The notes under the pieces are model-generated. The model had not been told where the DNA came from. It did not search any database and saw only the letters and a program-made list of their open reading frames with translations. A stretch of 63,843 nucleotides of DNA, counting the filler, from Lenisia limosa (taxonomy: Eukaryota > Protista > Breviatea), in NCBI GenBank assembly GCA_001655205.1. It is 13 parts of 13 records of this genome, joined end to end, with 100 filler letters (N's around TTAATTAATTAA, not from the genome) between each part and the next. Parts side by side here need not be neighbours in the genome. Positions count along the whole stretch, not along the records: positions 1 to 4,187 come from LPNZ01010968.1; positions 4,288 to 15,142 come from LPNZ01007506.1; 11 more parts are not named here. One strand, written 5' to 3'. A program made the position numbers and the translations under genes. Within the stretch, counting starts at the first letter, position 1. Every line of letters begins with the position of its first letter. Positions 1-12,900 of this stretch are shown piece after piece.

Positions 1-3000
1 TATTTATTCATTTCTGCAACTTACTCATTTTTAGGCACTTACCAAAGCCAATCAGGAAACATGGGACATCCCGGACACTTTTGACAAGCCCCTTGTTGTA
101 AGCTGTGACGTGCTTTTTTTCACAAGAATATTGGATTTAGATATGATACATTAATCAAGGATTTATAACATTCTCTTACAATTGAGGTAATCTCCAACTG
201 CGGTCACTCCACAAGCTGCTTCTATCGGGATGACCTCACTCCTCTCATTTGGGATGACCCCGAACTTCCCATTCGCCCTCCTGATGAAAGTACTACTACT
301 GATGATCTGCAAGATAGTGGGAAATCAATGAATATAATTAAGTGTTTTGTGAGTTTCTAGAAATATGACTTTGACCAAGTGTTCCCTCCTTAACTTGGCC
401 AGGTTCGTCATCAGGAATTGTCAGTGTTGCAGGTTCAGTCACCTCAAGAACACCTCTTCTCTTAGCAATCGTTTGCAGACTGTTTCGCGTTATTTCTATC
501 ACTTGATAATAGCAAGACTGACCCATTCAGCTTGGCGGTACCGCAATAATTGGCGTGGCTGCTGTTTTCATGGTTAAGAAGCGCAAGAGCAGCAAGCTCA
601 AAGACCCACCCTATGCCAACGAATTATCAAATAGCAGGGCCAGTAGGTCTCTTTGCTGACAAAACTGAGCTCACATTTAGATGCAACATTCAAAGATTCA
701 CCTTCACCTTTGGATTCTGTTGCCCCCCAGGTGTGTAATATGGGGACACCCAAAAAAAGTCCAAAATTGTAGGAGTTCTTGTATCTCATAACGTTAATGA
801 TGCGCAAAATAAGCTCTGTAAATGTGTCAGCAAGGGAATTGGGACCAGTTTTTGTATTAGTCATACTACATAGTTGTTATTACTAGTATAAATCGATACA
901 TTACATAATGTGTACAAATGATATGTATTTGCTTAAAATACTTATTCCTCAGCCTCGAAGACCACCACCTGTCAACCATGGACCTCCAAAACTCAGGTAC
1001 GCCTTGGTGCATTAATGTTTTCTCGACTGCGTAAGGGAACCCTTCAATACTTGGAAAATGCCCAGTTAATCTCTAAAAATTGGAACCGGGTTATCTAGAG
1101 GCTCTGAGAAAAGTCGTGAAGGAAGCTCCAGGCTACCTGGGGATAACATGACCTTATAAATGCGTAATAATTATGGGAGGCATTCGGGCAGACGAGGAAC
1201 CTATGATATACTTTTCTACCTCGCGGTGATAGCACTCCATAGAGAAGGTCCTTAAGGTAGTTCAGTTCATAACTTGACTTAAATTTCAGTCAAATATCTT
1301 CCTGCTATAATGGTTATTGTTGTTATTAGTCTTCAATTAGGGGTGCAGCTCTTTGGTGGAAACAATGATCAGTTTCAGACTCATAATTTCTTTATGAGAG
1401 GACACAACCCTTTTTGAACCTAAGCCCTTTACAAACTTCTGCTCAACGTTTATAATAAAAACGTAATTAAAACCTACTTTATGCGCCAAGGCGCATCCGT
1501 ATTGTATAATACACATTGGACGTTGATTGATAAAATGCTCACCCTTCTTAGGTACATCTATGTTAAGGAAACCTTTATGTATTATTATTGTACATTTCAA
1601 TATTGTTTTATACTTCAGATTTGGAGGTCCTCCCCAACCCAACAAAGCTCCCACTGGACCCCCCAGAAGAGCGCCTCCTTCTGGTTTGTTTGAGAATTCG
1701 TGCTATACACCCAAACATAAAATTGTAAGATCGTTGTTCAATCAGCCATACCAGACTCAAACGTAACACATCATGATGAGAAATGCACCTGGTTACCCCA
1801 ACTAAAAGCATCTGGTTACCCCAACTGTTTTGAGTGTACTTGGTTACCCATGATTCAATTTTCATTGCCCAGGGCCACCCTCAAGGAAACCGCCAGGCCC
1901 CCCGCCTCCAAGGCGGTNNNNNNNNNNNNNNNNNNNNNNNNNNNNNNNNNNNNNNNNNNNNNNNNNNNNNNNNNNNNNNNNNNNNNNNNNNNNNNNNNNN
2001 NNNNNNNTGATACATTAGTTGGGTTCAAAGATGCTTGGAGATTGGAGAGATAAGAAATTCGAAGAAAACAACAGTAATGAATCAAGGAGGCATTTCTTCC
2101 TTGAGGCACTGAGATAACCACGACCACTCTGAGCCATCCAGGTCTTACTACCTTTGTCGGCTCGCGCCAAGGTAGCCTCTGGTTGGTTCAGAGGGGAAGT
2201 CTCTGATTGGTACTGGGGAGTCCAACAACACCACAAATCCAACATAAAACCTCTCTCACACACAACACAAACACAAAACCTCCTAGGACTGTCCTCTAGG
2301 GGTTGCCTAGGGGTAATCCGCAAAAAAATGAGGAAGCCCGGTACCACCGATCTTGATCTTAAATGATCAAGAACAAAGGGAATTTTATCGCCGCGAGCGC
2401 AGCTGGGGTATAGGAGTATATGGGTATACAATGGCTATATGGTTATATTTGTATATTTTTTATATTTTTGGTATATTTTGAAAAGTTATCGCCGCAAGCA
2501 ATGTTAACTACATTGGGAGCTGTGGTGTGACCTTGACGTTACCACCTTACTACCACCGCCAGGTGATTGCCAGGTGAATATCTAGTATTTTGTTTGGAGT
2601 TGGTTTGGAGCTGCGAGCTTGGCTGGGGGCGGTGAAAACTTCCCCTGGCGGGCTACCACTAAAAAAATGGCGTGCAAAATTGGCGTAAAATATCTGCTTT
2701 TGGCCCGCTTTAACATAAAGTCTCTAAGGAGCCTGGAAAAAGAAAAACAGAAAAAATAATAAAAAATAAGACTCGAAACAATTAGAAGCACCAATGATCA
2801 ATTTATTTTCTTTTCATTGCACTTTGAACACATTGGGCGGTGACTGTAGTTTTCAGCTCCGCAAGAACACACCCAATCACCACTTTGTCGATCCCTGCTC
2901 AAAATGAAACAGAAGAAAAACAGTATATAAAAAATATCAAACAGATACTCTCCTCAACCTACGAAAAAGCTTCGGATAAAATGGCAGCAGAAGGAGGAAG

Positions 3001-3043
3001 CCTACAAATGGTAAGTTGATGAAAAGGCAATCGTTGTTATGAG

Positions 3044-4166
3044 TTACTCAAGAAGAAAAGCGTACTCTGACACTTCCCGCTTGTCATTTCTCCTTGGAGT
3101 GCAATGGCTTGAAAATTGAGTGAGGCGGGGGGAGAGAGTCGCATCATGATTGGTATCTCTTGGAGAGTCAGCCTCGAGTAAGGACTCAGCTGCTGAAAAC
3201 ACCGACCCATCTCTTGAACCTATAGAATCACACTCATAGATGTTTAACCAACAGATGACACGAGTAGCCTACTTAGGTTCTTCTGAGAGGCCTCAAGGGC
3301 TGAGCGTTTGTGTTGACTTGTTCGCAGGTTCACTCTATTTTTCAATTAATGGGACGCATTGAGTGTAGAAAAAGACAAAAATAAGAAAAGATTTGGGACT
3401 ACTTGGCTATTTCGAGGTCATGGGTCAAAGATGTGATGATTGTTGCTTGTTCTTTTACTCGCACTGCTTGTTCCTCCCTTGCCTAAACTGTCAATACAAG
3501 ACTCATAGAATCTTCTATGTACAAACCTCTTCAGCTGCTGTTTCTACCATTTTGAGAAGTTTCTGCTTTTCTTCAGATCTGAACTGTCACTTCACTTCAT
3601 CATTGTTGGTAATAATTTGATTATAAAGAAAAGCTCACCCCACCTTTCCTTCTTAATTTCCGAAATTGCCTCGGCGTTGGTAGACCGGGCGGACTGCAAC
3701 GAAGCTGCCAGCTTACGAGCCGCGTCAGCTCTGCAGTCAGCCTTGACACGGACGAGATCTGCGGCCGCCTGTCCCAGGTCTCTCTGTCATTTTAGGTCTC
3801 GAGAGGAAAAAAAACTCCAAGGGTGAGTACTTACCTCCATTTGCTGGGTTCGTGCTTTCAAACCAGACACTTCAGCAAGATGTCTAAATGTGTAACTTAA
3901 AGGACCCAAATATAATAACCTGCTTTGATCAACTATTGGGCCTCACTTCGGTTCGAAAAAGACCAGTATAACGATAATTTTCAAAGATTAATCGACAAAT
4001 TCTGTCTTTTTTCCGAACCGAAGTGAAGCCCTAGGTATCATTTACACATGAAAGCAGACCAACAAAGAGAAAAACAAACCTGGAAGCAGACGACTCAAGT
4101 GCCTGCCGCAGGTCCAAGATAATTTGCTTTTTGTTCGTTAACTCTGTCGATAAACCTGGATCGTAA
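3044..4166 (-). CDS. Hypothetical coiled-coil protein, multi-exon, 5' end lost at gap
   Basis: Exons bounded by GT/AG read LSTELTNKKQIILDLRQALESS, LRHLAEVSGLKARTQQME, DLGQAAADLVRVKADCRADAARKLAASLQSARSTNAEAISEIKKE, EQAVRVKEQATIITSLTHDLEIA, ending AFLLE-TAA at 3044. No family recognised. Confidence 0.5.
3936..4033. mobile_element. Family A hAT-type MITE (~95-100 bp), intronic
   Basis: Palindromic: (T)GGGCCTCACTTCGGTTCGAAAAAGAC...GTCTTTTTTCCGAACCGAAGTGAAGCCCTA. No target-site duplication (TSD) recognisable at this copy. Confidence 0.85.
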
Positions 4167-4231
4167 GACGAGGGGAGGGTAATAGGTNNNNNNNNNNNNN
4201 NNNNNNNNNNNNNNNNNNNNNNNNNNNNNNN

Positions 4232-4243
4232 TTAATTAATTAA
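4232..4243. other. Artificial contig-joining linker (six-frame stop TTAATTAATTAA between N runs)
   Basis: The same motif between N runs recurs at 15187, 22866, 25597, 34059, 36238, 38651, 41458, 44030, 55030, 56395 and 60553, dividing the window into 13 unrelated pieces. Confidence 0.97.
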
Positions 4244-4438
4244 NNNNNNNNNNNNNNNNNNNNNNNNNNNNNNNNNNNNNNNNNNNNGATCTCCGACAGA
4301 TCTCCCAAAAAAATAATGGTAAAATCCCCGGGTCTGTGGCCCCCTGCCGTTGTTTCCGTATCTCTGGAGTTGATCAACAGGATCCAGAACTAAAGCGATT
4401 TGCTTTTTTCAAGTAGGCCTTTTTCTTTTGCTAATAGT

Positions 4439-6257
4439 ATGACAAGGCGTTCAACACGTGTTAGAAGGCATAGTGGCACACAGGTGAAACGCAAGAACAA
4501 AATCAAAAACAAAGGACTCAGTTTGTTGCTCTCTTCTAAGGCTCTCTTACCGCCCCTTTTACAGACTTTGACTTTCCTGTGATCAAAGAGAACTGGGATA
4601 AGAAGAAAACGCTCAAGCAGAACTATCAGGTGGGCATTTTTCTTCCTCAACTTACTCTCACTCACATTCAAGGCACTTGGACTTTGCATGAACGCAAACG
4701 ATGTTACAAAGAACTCAGCTTCACCAGATGCCCAAGTGTATTCAACAATGACTATGAAGGAGGTGGAGAAGGTGAGATTGAGTACTTTTTATAACATTTC
4801 CAAATTGGCATGTGCCAACTCCATTATCATTCAATGATGTCAGGGCATTTGCCACACTGAACGTTCAAGAGAGAGTTCCAGAAAGGACGAGCCCTTATCT
4901 CGAGCTTTCTCTTGAACAATCAGCTTGAATTCATCCATACAATAAGAGATGCAATCTTTTGGATATTTGACTGACGTCCAACTACCCAACCTCAGATTGA
5001 GCAAATGTGTACAAAAATGATCCTTCAAGTTACACCTTACTTCTTCTAGCTTGGCAAGCGCAAGGGCCTTTATGCCCCTCTCGAAACAGTCACAAACAAA
5101 GTTAGAAAAGAGAAGCTCAGACATACCCCTGTTAACTCTGGTGGGTTATTGCACCTACCAATGGGTATCTTTGTGTCTCTTACGCAATTTGTCAGTAAAT
5201 CCTCAGCAAGAATTGATATTTTACCTAAGTTTATACATACAGTTATTCCCCAACAGCATTCATGCATAGTCACACTCTTGTTTTGCACCCCCCCCCCTGT
5301 CCTTTTGGGTTCTTAGCTGGCATAAGTGTCTCCTGGCCTTATGCTTGTATGATCTTTATGATCCTAGTCTCAATAGAGACTTACTTAATTTCAGCGCTCG
5401 AGAAAGCAGCTACGAGGCCATTGGCCCGAAGAGCCTTCATTTCGGAGGGGGACTCCACCTTTGCCGAAGCCTGTATGGCCAAGTATGGTGACGACTATAA
5501 GGTGGGGGGGGGGGGGACACTNNNNNNNNNNNNNNNNNNNNNNNNNNNNNNNNNNNNNNNNNNNNNNNNNNNNNNNNNNNNNNNNNNNTTTGTACAATAC
5601 ACATTGGCCCTCATTATGCCATATCAGAAGTAGATACCACAAATGCAATCTGCTTAACGTTTAGGCCATGACAAGGGACATTCAACTCAATGAGCTGCAA
5701 CACACCACCAAGCAGATTAAGAGGAAAATCGAAAAGTAGGCCAGGGAGGCCAAGGCTGCTTCTTTTGAATCTTTTTTACCATTTTAGCTACCAGAAGTTC
5801 CGTGAAATTGCTGCGGAAGAAATTGAGAGGGAAGAACGCAAATTGAAGGATGAGCGTTTCGCTGCTATTGTGGGTCTTTTGTTGTCCTTTCCCTCATCTT
5901 TTCCTTTGTTGTGGTGGTGTGGTCAGGGAACTATGACATATTACTTAGGTACATATTTCCAATTTCTAGATATTAACTTGGCTTCCTACACAATACCACT
6001 TACCTTCATTATGTTGGCACATATCACTCTTTTTTTATGTATTATTCTATGGTTCCTCCGGAAATTTGGTATTTTTTTTGGTTCAATATTCTTTACCCCC
6101 CCCCCCCNNNNNNNNNNNNNNNNNNNNNNNNNNNNNNNNNNNNNNNNNNNNNNNNNNNNNNAGGCTATTCAGTTCGTGATTAGTCCCTTTTTCTTCTTAA
6201 CTCCTTTATTTACCCCCTTCCTAGGCAGCAGAAGATGACGAGTCAGATGAGGACTAA
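4439..6257 (+). CDS. NOP16: Nucleolar protein 16 (ribosome biogenesis), multi-exon
   Basis: Spliced translation MTRRSTRVRRHSGTQVKRKNKIKNKGL|NFDFPVIKENWDKKKTLKQNYQ|ALGLCMNAND...KYGDDYK|AMTRDIQLNELQHTTKQIKRKIE|...AAEDDESDED*. Contains the Nop16 WDxxxTLxQNY and KYGDDYxAMxRDxxLN motifs. Confidence 0.85.
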
Positions 6258-6566
6258 GCTCAAAACACCCCTCTTTTTCTATGGTTATTGTGGCGCTGAT
6301 TTTATGTACATTTCCCCTGGCTTTCTTTGGTCTTCGATATCCCTTCAAGGTTTTTATTCAAAATCAGTAAAATTATTTAAAAAATTACTGCCTCCTCAGT
6401 TGGAGGTATAAAGAATTGTGCGCACCTATTTTTTTTATTATTATTTTTTTTATTTTTTTTTATTTTTTTTTGACTTTTTTTTATAGACATAACCGTCGCA
6501 CCACTATTTATGGAAGAAAATAAATAGTAATAGAAACCAAAGAAAATACATACGATATGCATATGC

Positions 6567-9500
6567 CTAGTCCAGCGACATGGTAGCAGCAACTGGTGCT
6601 AAATAGTGGGCGGAGGGGTCACTGGGCCTGTATTCGCCTAGGATAATGGCAGGCAAGGCAAAGAGGATCTCAACCTGGGAGGGGAGTAAAACTGGAAAAT
6701 TATGAAACAAACAAAAAAAAACCCAAATCAACACTGTTGGCTGACAACAAACAAGGGCTGATAACACAAAATAAACAAAGCCCAGGCCCTGGGGGAAATG
6801 AATGCAGTTGTTATCATCATGGTATACAGTATGATACATATGTATGTATGTATAACACAAATAAGGGCGACAGCTGAAGCAATCTTAGAACAAAAGAGTG
6901 ACGAACCTCCCACCCTGTCGCATCCGGTTTCGAAATACGGATGTGTCCAGTAGTTGCCTGGGTGAGCGCTAATATCCGACACGAATGACCAGGACGACGT
7001 CAAGGAACTCCCCCAAGCTAAGCAGTGACTTTAGTGTTCAGAAGACACTTCAGGGATTTACACTTTGGAATTCACATTCATGTCAAAAAGAAAAGCAAAC
7101 TACCGAGGCTTTCTCGAAATCCCCCCACAGTATTTAACCGCGCCATCAAGCTTCTTGGCAAACATTGCATGGGTGTAGGCTCCCTCATTTGAAACCTGCG
7201 GAAAATAGTGAAATTATGCTGAAGAGTAATGAAAGGTGCCCTTTCGATTCGTTTTAAGTTTCATTCAAATCCAACTTACTCTGAGTATCATATAAGGACC
7301 AAAACGAGGTTCATGTACTGATGATCCTCCACCTCGTGTACAAACTAGTCGATGAATCTAAAATCGTAAAATTAACATATTTTCTGAGGTTGAAATGAGA
7401 CCGAAAAGTGCAGGAAATATCACTTGTAACTGCCCACAGCAAAGTCGACAACAATTTGATTAGATGTGAGGTCCATGACAGCACGAAGCTCAATAACTAC
7501 AGGGAGTAAGGGTACCCACAATGGGAATGATTATAAATATTTTTCATATTTAGGGTTTCACTCCGGTTTGAAAAAGAACGGTAAATTATCGATAGTTTTC
7601 AAGGATTTATCGAGAAATTCAGTCTTTTTTGGAACCGAAGTGAAGCCCTATTCAGAATAGACTTGCCAATATTACACCACCACATTTGCCACAGTAAAAA
7701 TAAGGGTGGTAACAAAAGCGGTTGTCATAGGTCAGTATATGCTGCTAAGGTTGTTTTACAACGGAATGTACTTAAGTTCTGAACAGCCAACCTTCAGGGT
7801 CGGTTGGAGCGTTATTCATCTAAAGTGTGAGGGTGGTTAAAATTAAAACAATTGGACTTCAGAGCAAAATACTATTCAGTGCGTTTTCAATTTTGGCCTC
7901 GCCCCCCCCCCCCCNNNNNNNNNNNNNNNNNNNNNNNNNNNNNNNNNNNNNNNNNNNNNNNNNNNNNNNNNNNNNNNNNNNNNNNNNNNNNNTTCCCCAA
8001 ACGCTAAAGGCAGTAGGCATGTACATGGGGTAGTCCAACCGGAGGGGAGGCATACCAACTACACGTGAGTCGTATGTTGGGGTTAAAAATGACAGCTGTT
8101 GACCATCCACGCTACTTTTCAAGGCTTCCCTTAAGCTCATATGAGGTTTACATAACACATATCGAAGCATTACCCTCTAAGGCATGGTAATTTGTTTATG
8201 GTATCCCTATTTTTTCCCCAAGATTTCTAATGTATCATATATTATTTCTCTTGATTCAGAAAAAGATCACAATTTTGTTCAAAGGCAGGACATACCTCCA
8301 TAGTCTGAGACAACGTTACAGGTTGGCCATGCGTCCCATCCCCCGGTAACTGAACAGCCGAAATCGGCCGACCCTGAAAGGGTATGTGTCTGAAAGATGA
8401 GAAGAATATGACATTATGGGAAATCCTGACACTATTACTACTGAGACTATCCCCATTAAACTCTCCATCAAACGTAGGACACCCACTTTGTCACACGCCA
8501 TTGTGCAGGTCACGGAACCTGAAACATCGGGCTTGGAGCACTCAACACTCTCGTGCTTGAGGGGCACAAACGGCAGCCCGAAGCAGCGCTGTGACAGCAA
8601 GCCTGAGATATCAGTGAGAACTTGAAGTGAATAGCAAGAGAGGAAGTTGGTTGAAATGGTCATGTGTTCAAAAAACAGCCAAGTTTCCAATGAAAATGCT
8701 CATAATTCCCCTACTGTCAATTTGTGCTTGTGAAAGGTCGTGAGTCGCCTAAAGCCATGAGATGTCCATGTTATAAGAGGAAAATGGGCCTGTGAAGAAG
8801 CATTTATGTGTTTGGTTATTATTCGCTATTTGGTTTTAGATTATTTTTTTTTTTTGCAGTAAAGTCTCTATTGAAACTAGGATCATAGGGATGTACTGTC
8901 TTATTCTTGCAGAAATGTTCATTGTCCCACCTTATTGATTGGGTGCGAAGGGAGGGTTGCATCCTGCACCGTGGTGAGAAGCTCATTTTCCTTATTAATT
9001 ACCACAACGGAAAGGCTTCCTGAAAAGAGCAGCAGCAGGAAAGAGATGAATGGTGCAAACGCCATAGTGACGCGCAACTTTTGTTAGTTCTATTCGAATT
9101 TGAGAGTTTAAGCGTGTTTAATGAGTATAAAGTACAAATACACGTTAAAATACAGAGCAGGTGTCGAAAGGCTCGATTCATCGATTTTGGTACAAAAAGG
9201 GCCTCCGGCGGCGGACCACGGACAAATTTTGCAAAATTCCTCCGATCGACTTGAGAAGCAAACAGTATGTGGTTAAAGGTCTTATAGTAATCTAAAGATG
9301 ATGACACCAAAGGCATCAATGAAGCACCTGTTGGAGGAAGTGCTTCAAGTCATGTTTGTCTCCTTTCTTGTCATCCAAGGTTGGAATACAGTTACTATGT
9401 AAAGAAAAAAAGCATTCACATGGGAAAACTTGTAATATTTGCCTTACCACCACCTCTCCAGTAATCAGCTTGGTGCCTCGGATTGATGCTGCCTGTGACC

Positions 9501-9700
9501 TGCATACTCACATTGTTAATAGTCCGCAAGGTATTGTAACAGGTGAGAATGGATGGGAGATGAAGAAGTTCTGTTGTACAAAGGAGTAATTTTTGCCCCT
9601 ACAAGATCACAAAGGGCCCTCCTATTCTGACCAAATTGGAGGCGGGCACGTCTTCGTTAAAATCGGGGCGAGTGTATCCTAAGAAGACCAGATTATACTT
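6567..9700 (-). CDS. Hypothetical multi-exon gene(s), probably membrane-associated; may be more than one gene
   Basis: Stop-free segments with GT/AG ends: VTGSINPRHQADYWRGGG, DYYKTFNHILFASQVDRRNFAKFVRGPPPEALF, CFGLPFVPLKHESVECSKPDVSGSVTCTMACDK, GCDRVGGSSLFCSKIASAVALIC|VEILFALPAIILGEY. No family recognised. Confidence 0.35.
6675..6790 (-). repeat. Family B C-tailed dispersed element forming an intron 3' end
   Basis: Minus strand GGCCTGGGCTTTGTTT...GTCAGCCAACAGTGTTGATTTGGG...TTTTCCAGTTTTACTCCCCTCCCAG ends exactly at the acceptor of exon VEILFALP. Confidence 0.8.
7551..7650. mobile_element. Family A hAT-type MITE
   Basis: TAGGGTTTCACTCCGGTT...AACCGAAGTGAAGCCCTA; flanks TTCATATT / TTCAGAAT match at 6 of 8 positions. 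Confidence 0.88.
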
Positions 9701-9945
9701 TTGCTTTCCGTAGCAATATTGGGCACATTAGCGTATCGGATAGAAGAATTTCCTCCTCCTCCCCCTTGACTGGACTGATTTCAACTATCATCCTTGATTG
9801 TTGACACACTAACATTGCATTTGTTAATGCGGGGTGGACATCCTTTTTTGAATATGAATTGATTTTTTTTTTGCTATCAAACTATATTTTTGACGATCTG
9901 TTTCGTGATGACTGCTTTACTATTATTGGCATTTCCGTTTTACAG

Positions 9946-12900
9946 CAGCAGATGGTTCTGATGCGGCCGAGAATTACGTCTCCAACCTGTACTGCCAATG
10001 GCTGATTGAGGCACGCGGCCCGGGTCTCGAGGTAAGCTTGCTTTGGGATAATTGTTGTGGAGTGGTACTCTAACTATTCTCTCTGATATTCCCCAGCTTT
10101 GATCAATCAAGCGACCTTTTTATTTTCTGTTGTTGTTTTCATTAGCACCCTCAATAACCTCTGCAGCTGGTGGCGCAGATTAAGAGAGCTGAAGTCGAAA
10201 TTGGATGGGACTTCCTTCACATTGTTGGGGGCTGAAATTCGAAATATTTAATGAGTATCAAATCATCTTGTAATTTTTTTTGTACATTCCCTGACATATT
10301 GTGTGTTTTCGCTTTTGAGTCTTTTGACAACCTAGCATGACGGCTTTGATACCACTGCTCCTCTTGCAGCTACAGTTTCCGGTAAGCCTTCTTGGAGCAA
10401 TGAAATCATTCACCAATAACTCTTGCATTTCAATGTGTCTTGGCAATATAAGAGCGTGATAAGGTCGTTTTTCTGAATTTCTGGCTCACCATCTTCAGGG
10501 TCCTATTCAGAAGACTTCCCTCTGATCAAAAGCGCTTCAGGGGTAATGGGCGGGGGGGTGCAATGTTTGAAGAGTGAATGCAATCAGAAAGCTGAGTTAC
10601 TATGTTCATACACGACCCTACAACATTTAACTTATTATTATCTTTTGACCATCTTTTCGTTGACATCTTTTCACACCGCAATCTGTACCTTCCTGTGTCC
10701 AATCCATTCAGAGCTTGTTTGTTGTATTCAGCAGCGACGTGGGTCTCGAGTACACAGGCTTTGAGCTAGACTACCAGATATGTAGGTCAAGGGTCTTGGT
10801 TGGGTAAATACGGAGCTTCTATTGGTAAATATTGTGTCTAGTTGAAAGTGGCAGTAGAGGGAATAATGATCCAGCATCATCACACTATGATACGCTTTGA
10901 GTGCATCTAAACTGTCTATTATGAGGATATGATATAAGACACTCTCGTGTTTTGCTGACACACTCAGCGCCATGCCCCTCAGCGTNNNNNNNNNNNNNNN
11001 NNNNNNNNNNNNNNNNNNNNNNNNNNNNNNNNNNNNNNNCTGGACATGATTGTCACTACGGTGACTGGGATTGCGATTATTGCGTGTTGACACTGGGGAT
11101 AGTCGTGTGAGTAATATACCAAATTTTTCCATAATCATCACAGCACATCATTTTTATGGAATGAAAGTCCCCCACCCCTTTGACCCATCAAGCGAACTGC
11201 GAATCTTCATGCAAGTTCGGCTTCTGTGCCGACAACTCAACTTGTGTCTGCTCGGATGGCTTCTCAGGCCACAACTGCGATATCGGAATAAATGCAGATG
11301 ACCATGATATGACCTGGTGAGCTGGCTCGGTTGACTGTCTACGTATCCTGAACTGCTGTTTACTCTAAGAAATGGGGTTTTGTTTCATTGTTATACGCNN
11401 NNNNNNNNNNNNNNNNNNNNNNNNNNNNNNNNNNNNNNNNNNNNNNNNNNNNNNNNNNNNNNNNNNNNNNNNNNNNNNNNNNNNNNNNNNNNNNNNNNNN
11501 NNNNNNNNNNNNNNNNNNNNCCACTCTCTCGCGGTACTGAGTCGGAACATGTCGGAAGCTGCAGCTCTTCCGACGAACATCCGAAATGTGGGCTGCAGTC
11601 ACAATGTCCCGTAAATTGTCCTGTTCATAAACTGATGCAATTCACTTGTTATTTTACCATGTCAGGCAATGGAACAAGGCTATGACGCTGCAGTTCTGTT
11701 TTCTGGCTACTCAACCCAGTCCCCCTCAGGTAGTACTGACCTCTACCTCTGGACAAATGGTGTGGTTAACAATTGGACATCGCTTGGATCGCAGTTTACT
11801 CTACCATGATTATCGGGGAGGGGGGTCCAGCACTCACTTTTTAGTAACCGGGTGGGCGATTCAGACAGCGGCAGGGGATCCGGGCCCCCCTAGGGATTAT
11901 ACAGCCTCCGCAGTGCTGGGGACGAATTTCTACGTCTACGGCGGCAGAACCGTTTGCCGGGTGTTGTTTTTATGACATTATGTTGTTTTTTTCAAGAAGT
12001 ATAGCACATGTCAATATGTATGTTTTCAATCAATTCCTTGTAATTTTGTTGAAGAGTTTCACGCTTCTAGAAGGGCGAATTCCTTGAAGACCTCTATGTT
12101 TTCAGTTTTGGTAAGACCATGCTCCTTTCAAATAGAATTACAATGACTCAGTACCCGTGTTATACCGTCTAGAAACGGGAGCCTGGACCAAGCCTAGTAC
12201 AACCGGGTCCCCACCGGGTGCTCTTTTCGCATCCGCACACGTCACCTACAAGGGGTGCTTATACGTTCACGGCGGCCTGCGCAACAGTGTTATAATGGAG
12301 AGCGGCTTATGGCGATTCTGTCCCAATGGCCTATCTTGGTACCACTTTCCTAATGTGGACATACTGAGGGCTTTCCACGTGGGTTTGGATATGAAAAAAA
12401 ATAAATAAATAACGATTCCGTATCAATGGAAAGAGCAATAGTTGTCACAATGGAAGCAAAATAGAATCATAGGACAACGGGTGTTATTACCTCTGTTTTC
12501 AATCAGTTGACCACACAGTCCATGTCAGTTGTTGACGATCTTTTGGTCATTTGCGGCGGACGGAACCTCTACTCCCTCACCACGTCCATCTCAAATGAAT
12601 GCACCGTTGTGTCTCTTCGTAGGCTGGGGTTACGGGTTGTCTTCTTTGATGGAGGAAATAAAAATTACTGCTTCTTCCGCGATGTGAATGAATGATAACC
12701 CCTCACCCCCCCCCCAGTCACGGGAGTTGAAGTGCAGTGGCAGTCTTCTTTGGAACTACAGAAGACTCGAAGCCACTTTTCAATGACACCTTACGGCGGC
12801 GGAATAGCCCTCATCTCAGGCGTGACTGATTGTGGGGAAGGGGTAATGTGATTACTGAGTTGACGTTGGTGTAGCGTTTCTATTTGATACTGTATGCTGT

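Noticed and set aside
1500-1518. TTGTATAATACACATTGG nearly repeated at about 5589
   Set aside because: A single 18-bp AT-rich match with no extended homology; the second copy abuts a gap.
1-2760. Short ORFs in the first 2.7 kb as retrotransposon or gene remnants
   Set aside because: Frequent stops and no recognisable RT, integrase, gag or cellular motif; cannot be supported.
4188-4287. Gene neighbourhoods across TTAATTAATTAA linkers
   Set aside because: The linkers are artificial joins, so no clustering or synteny can be inferred across them.
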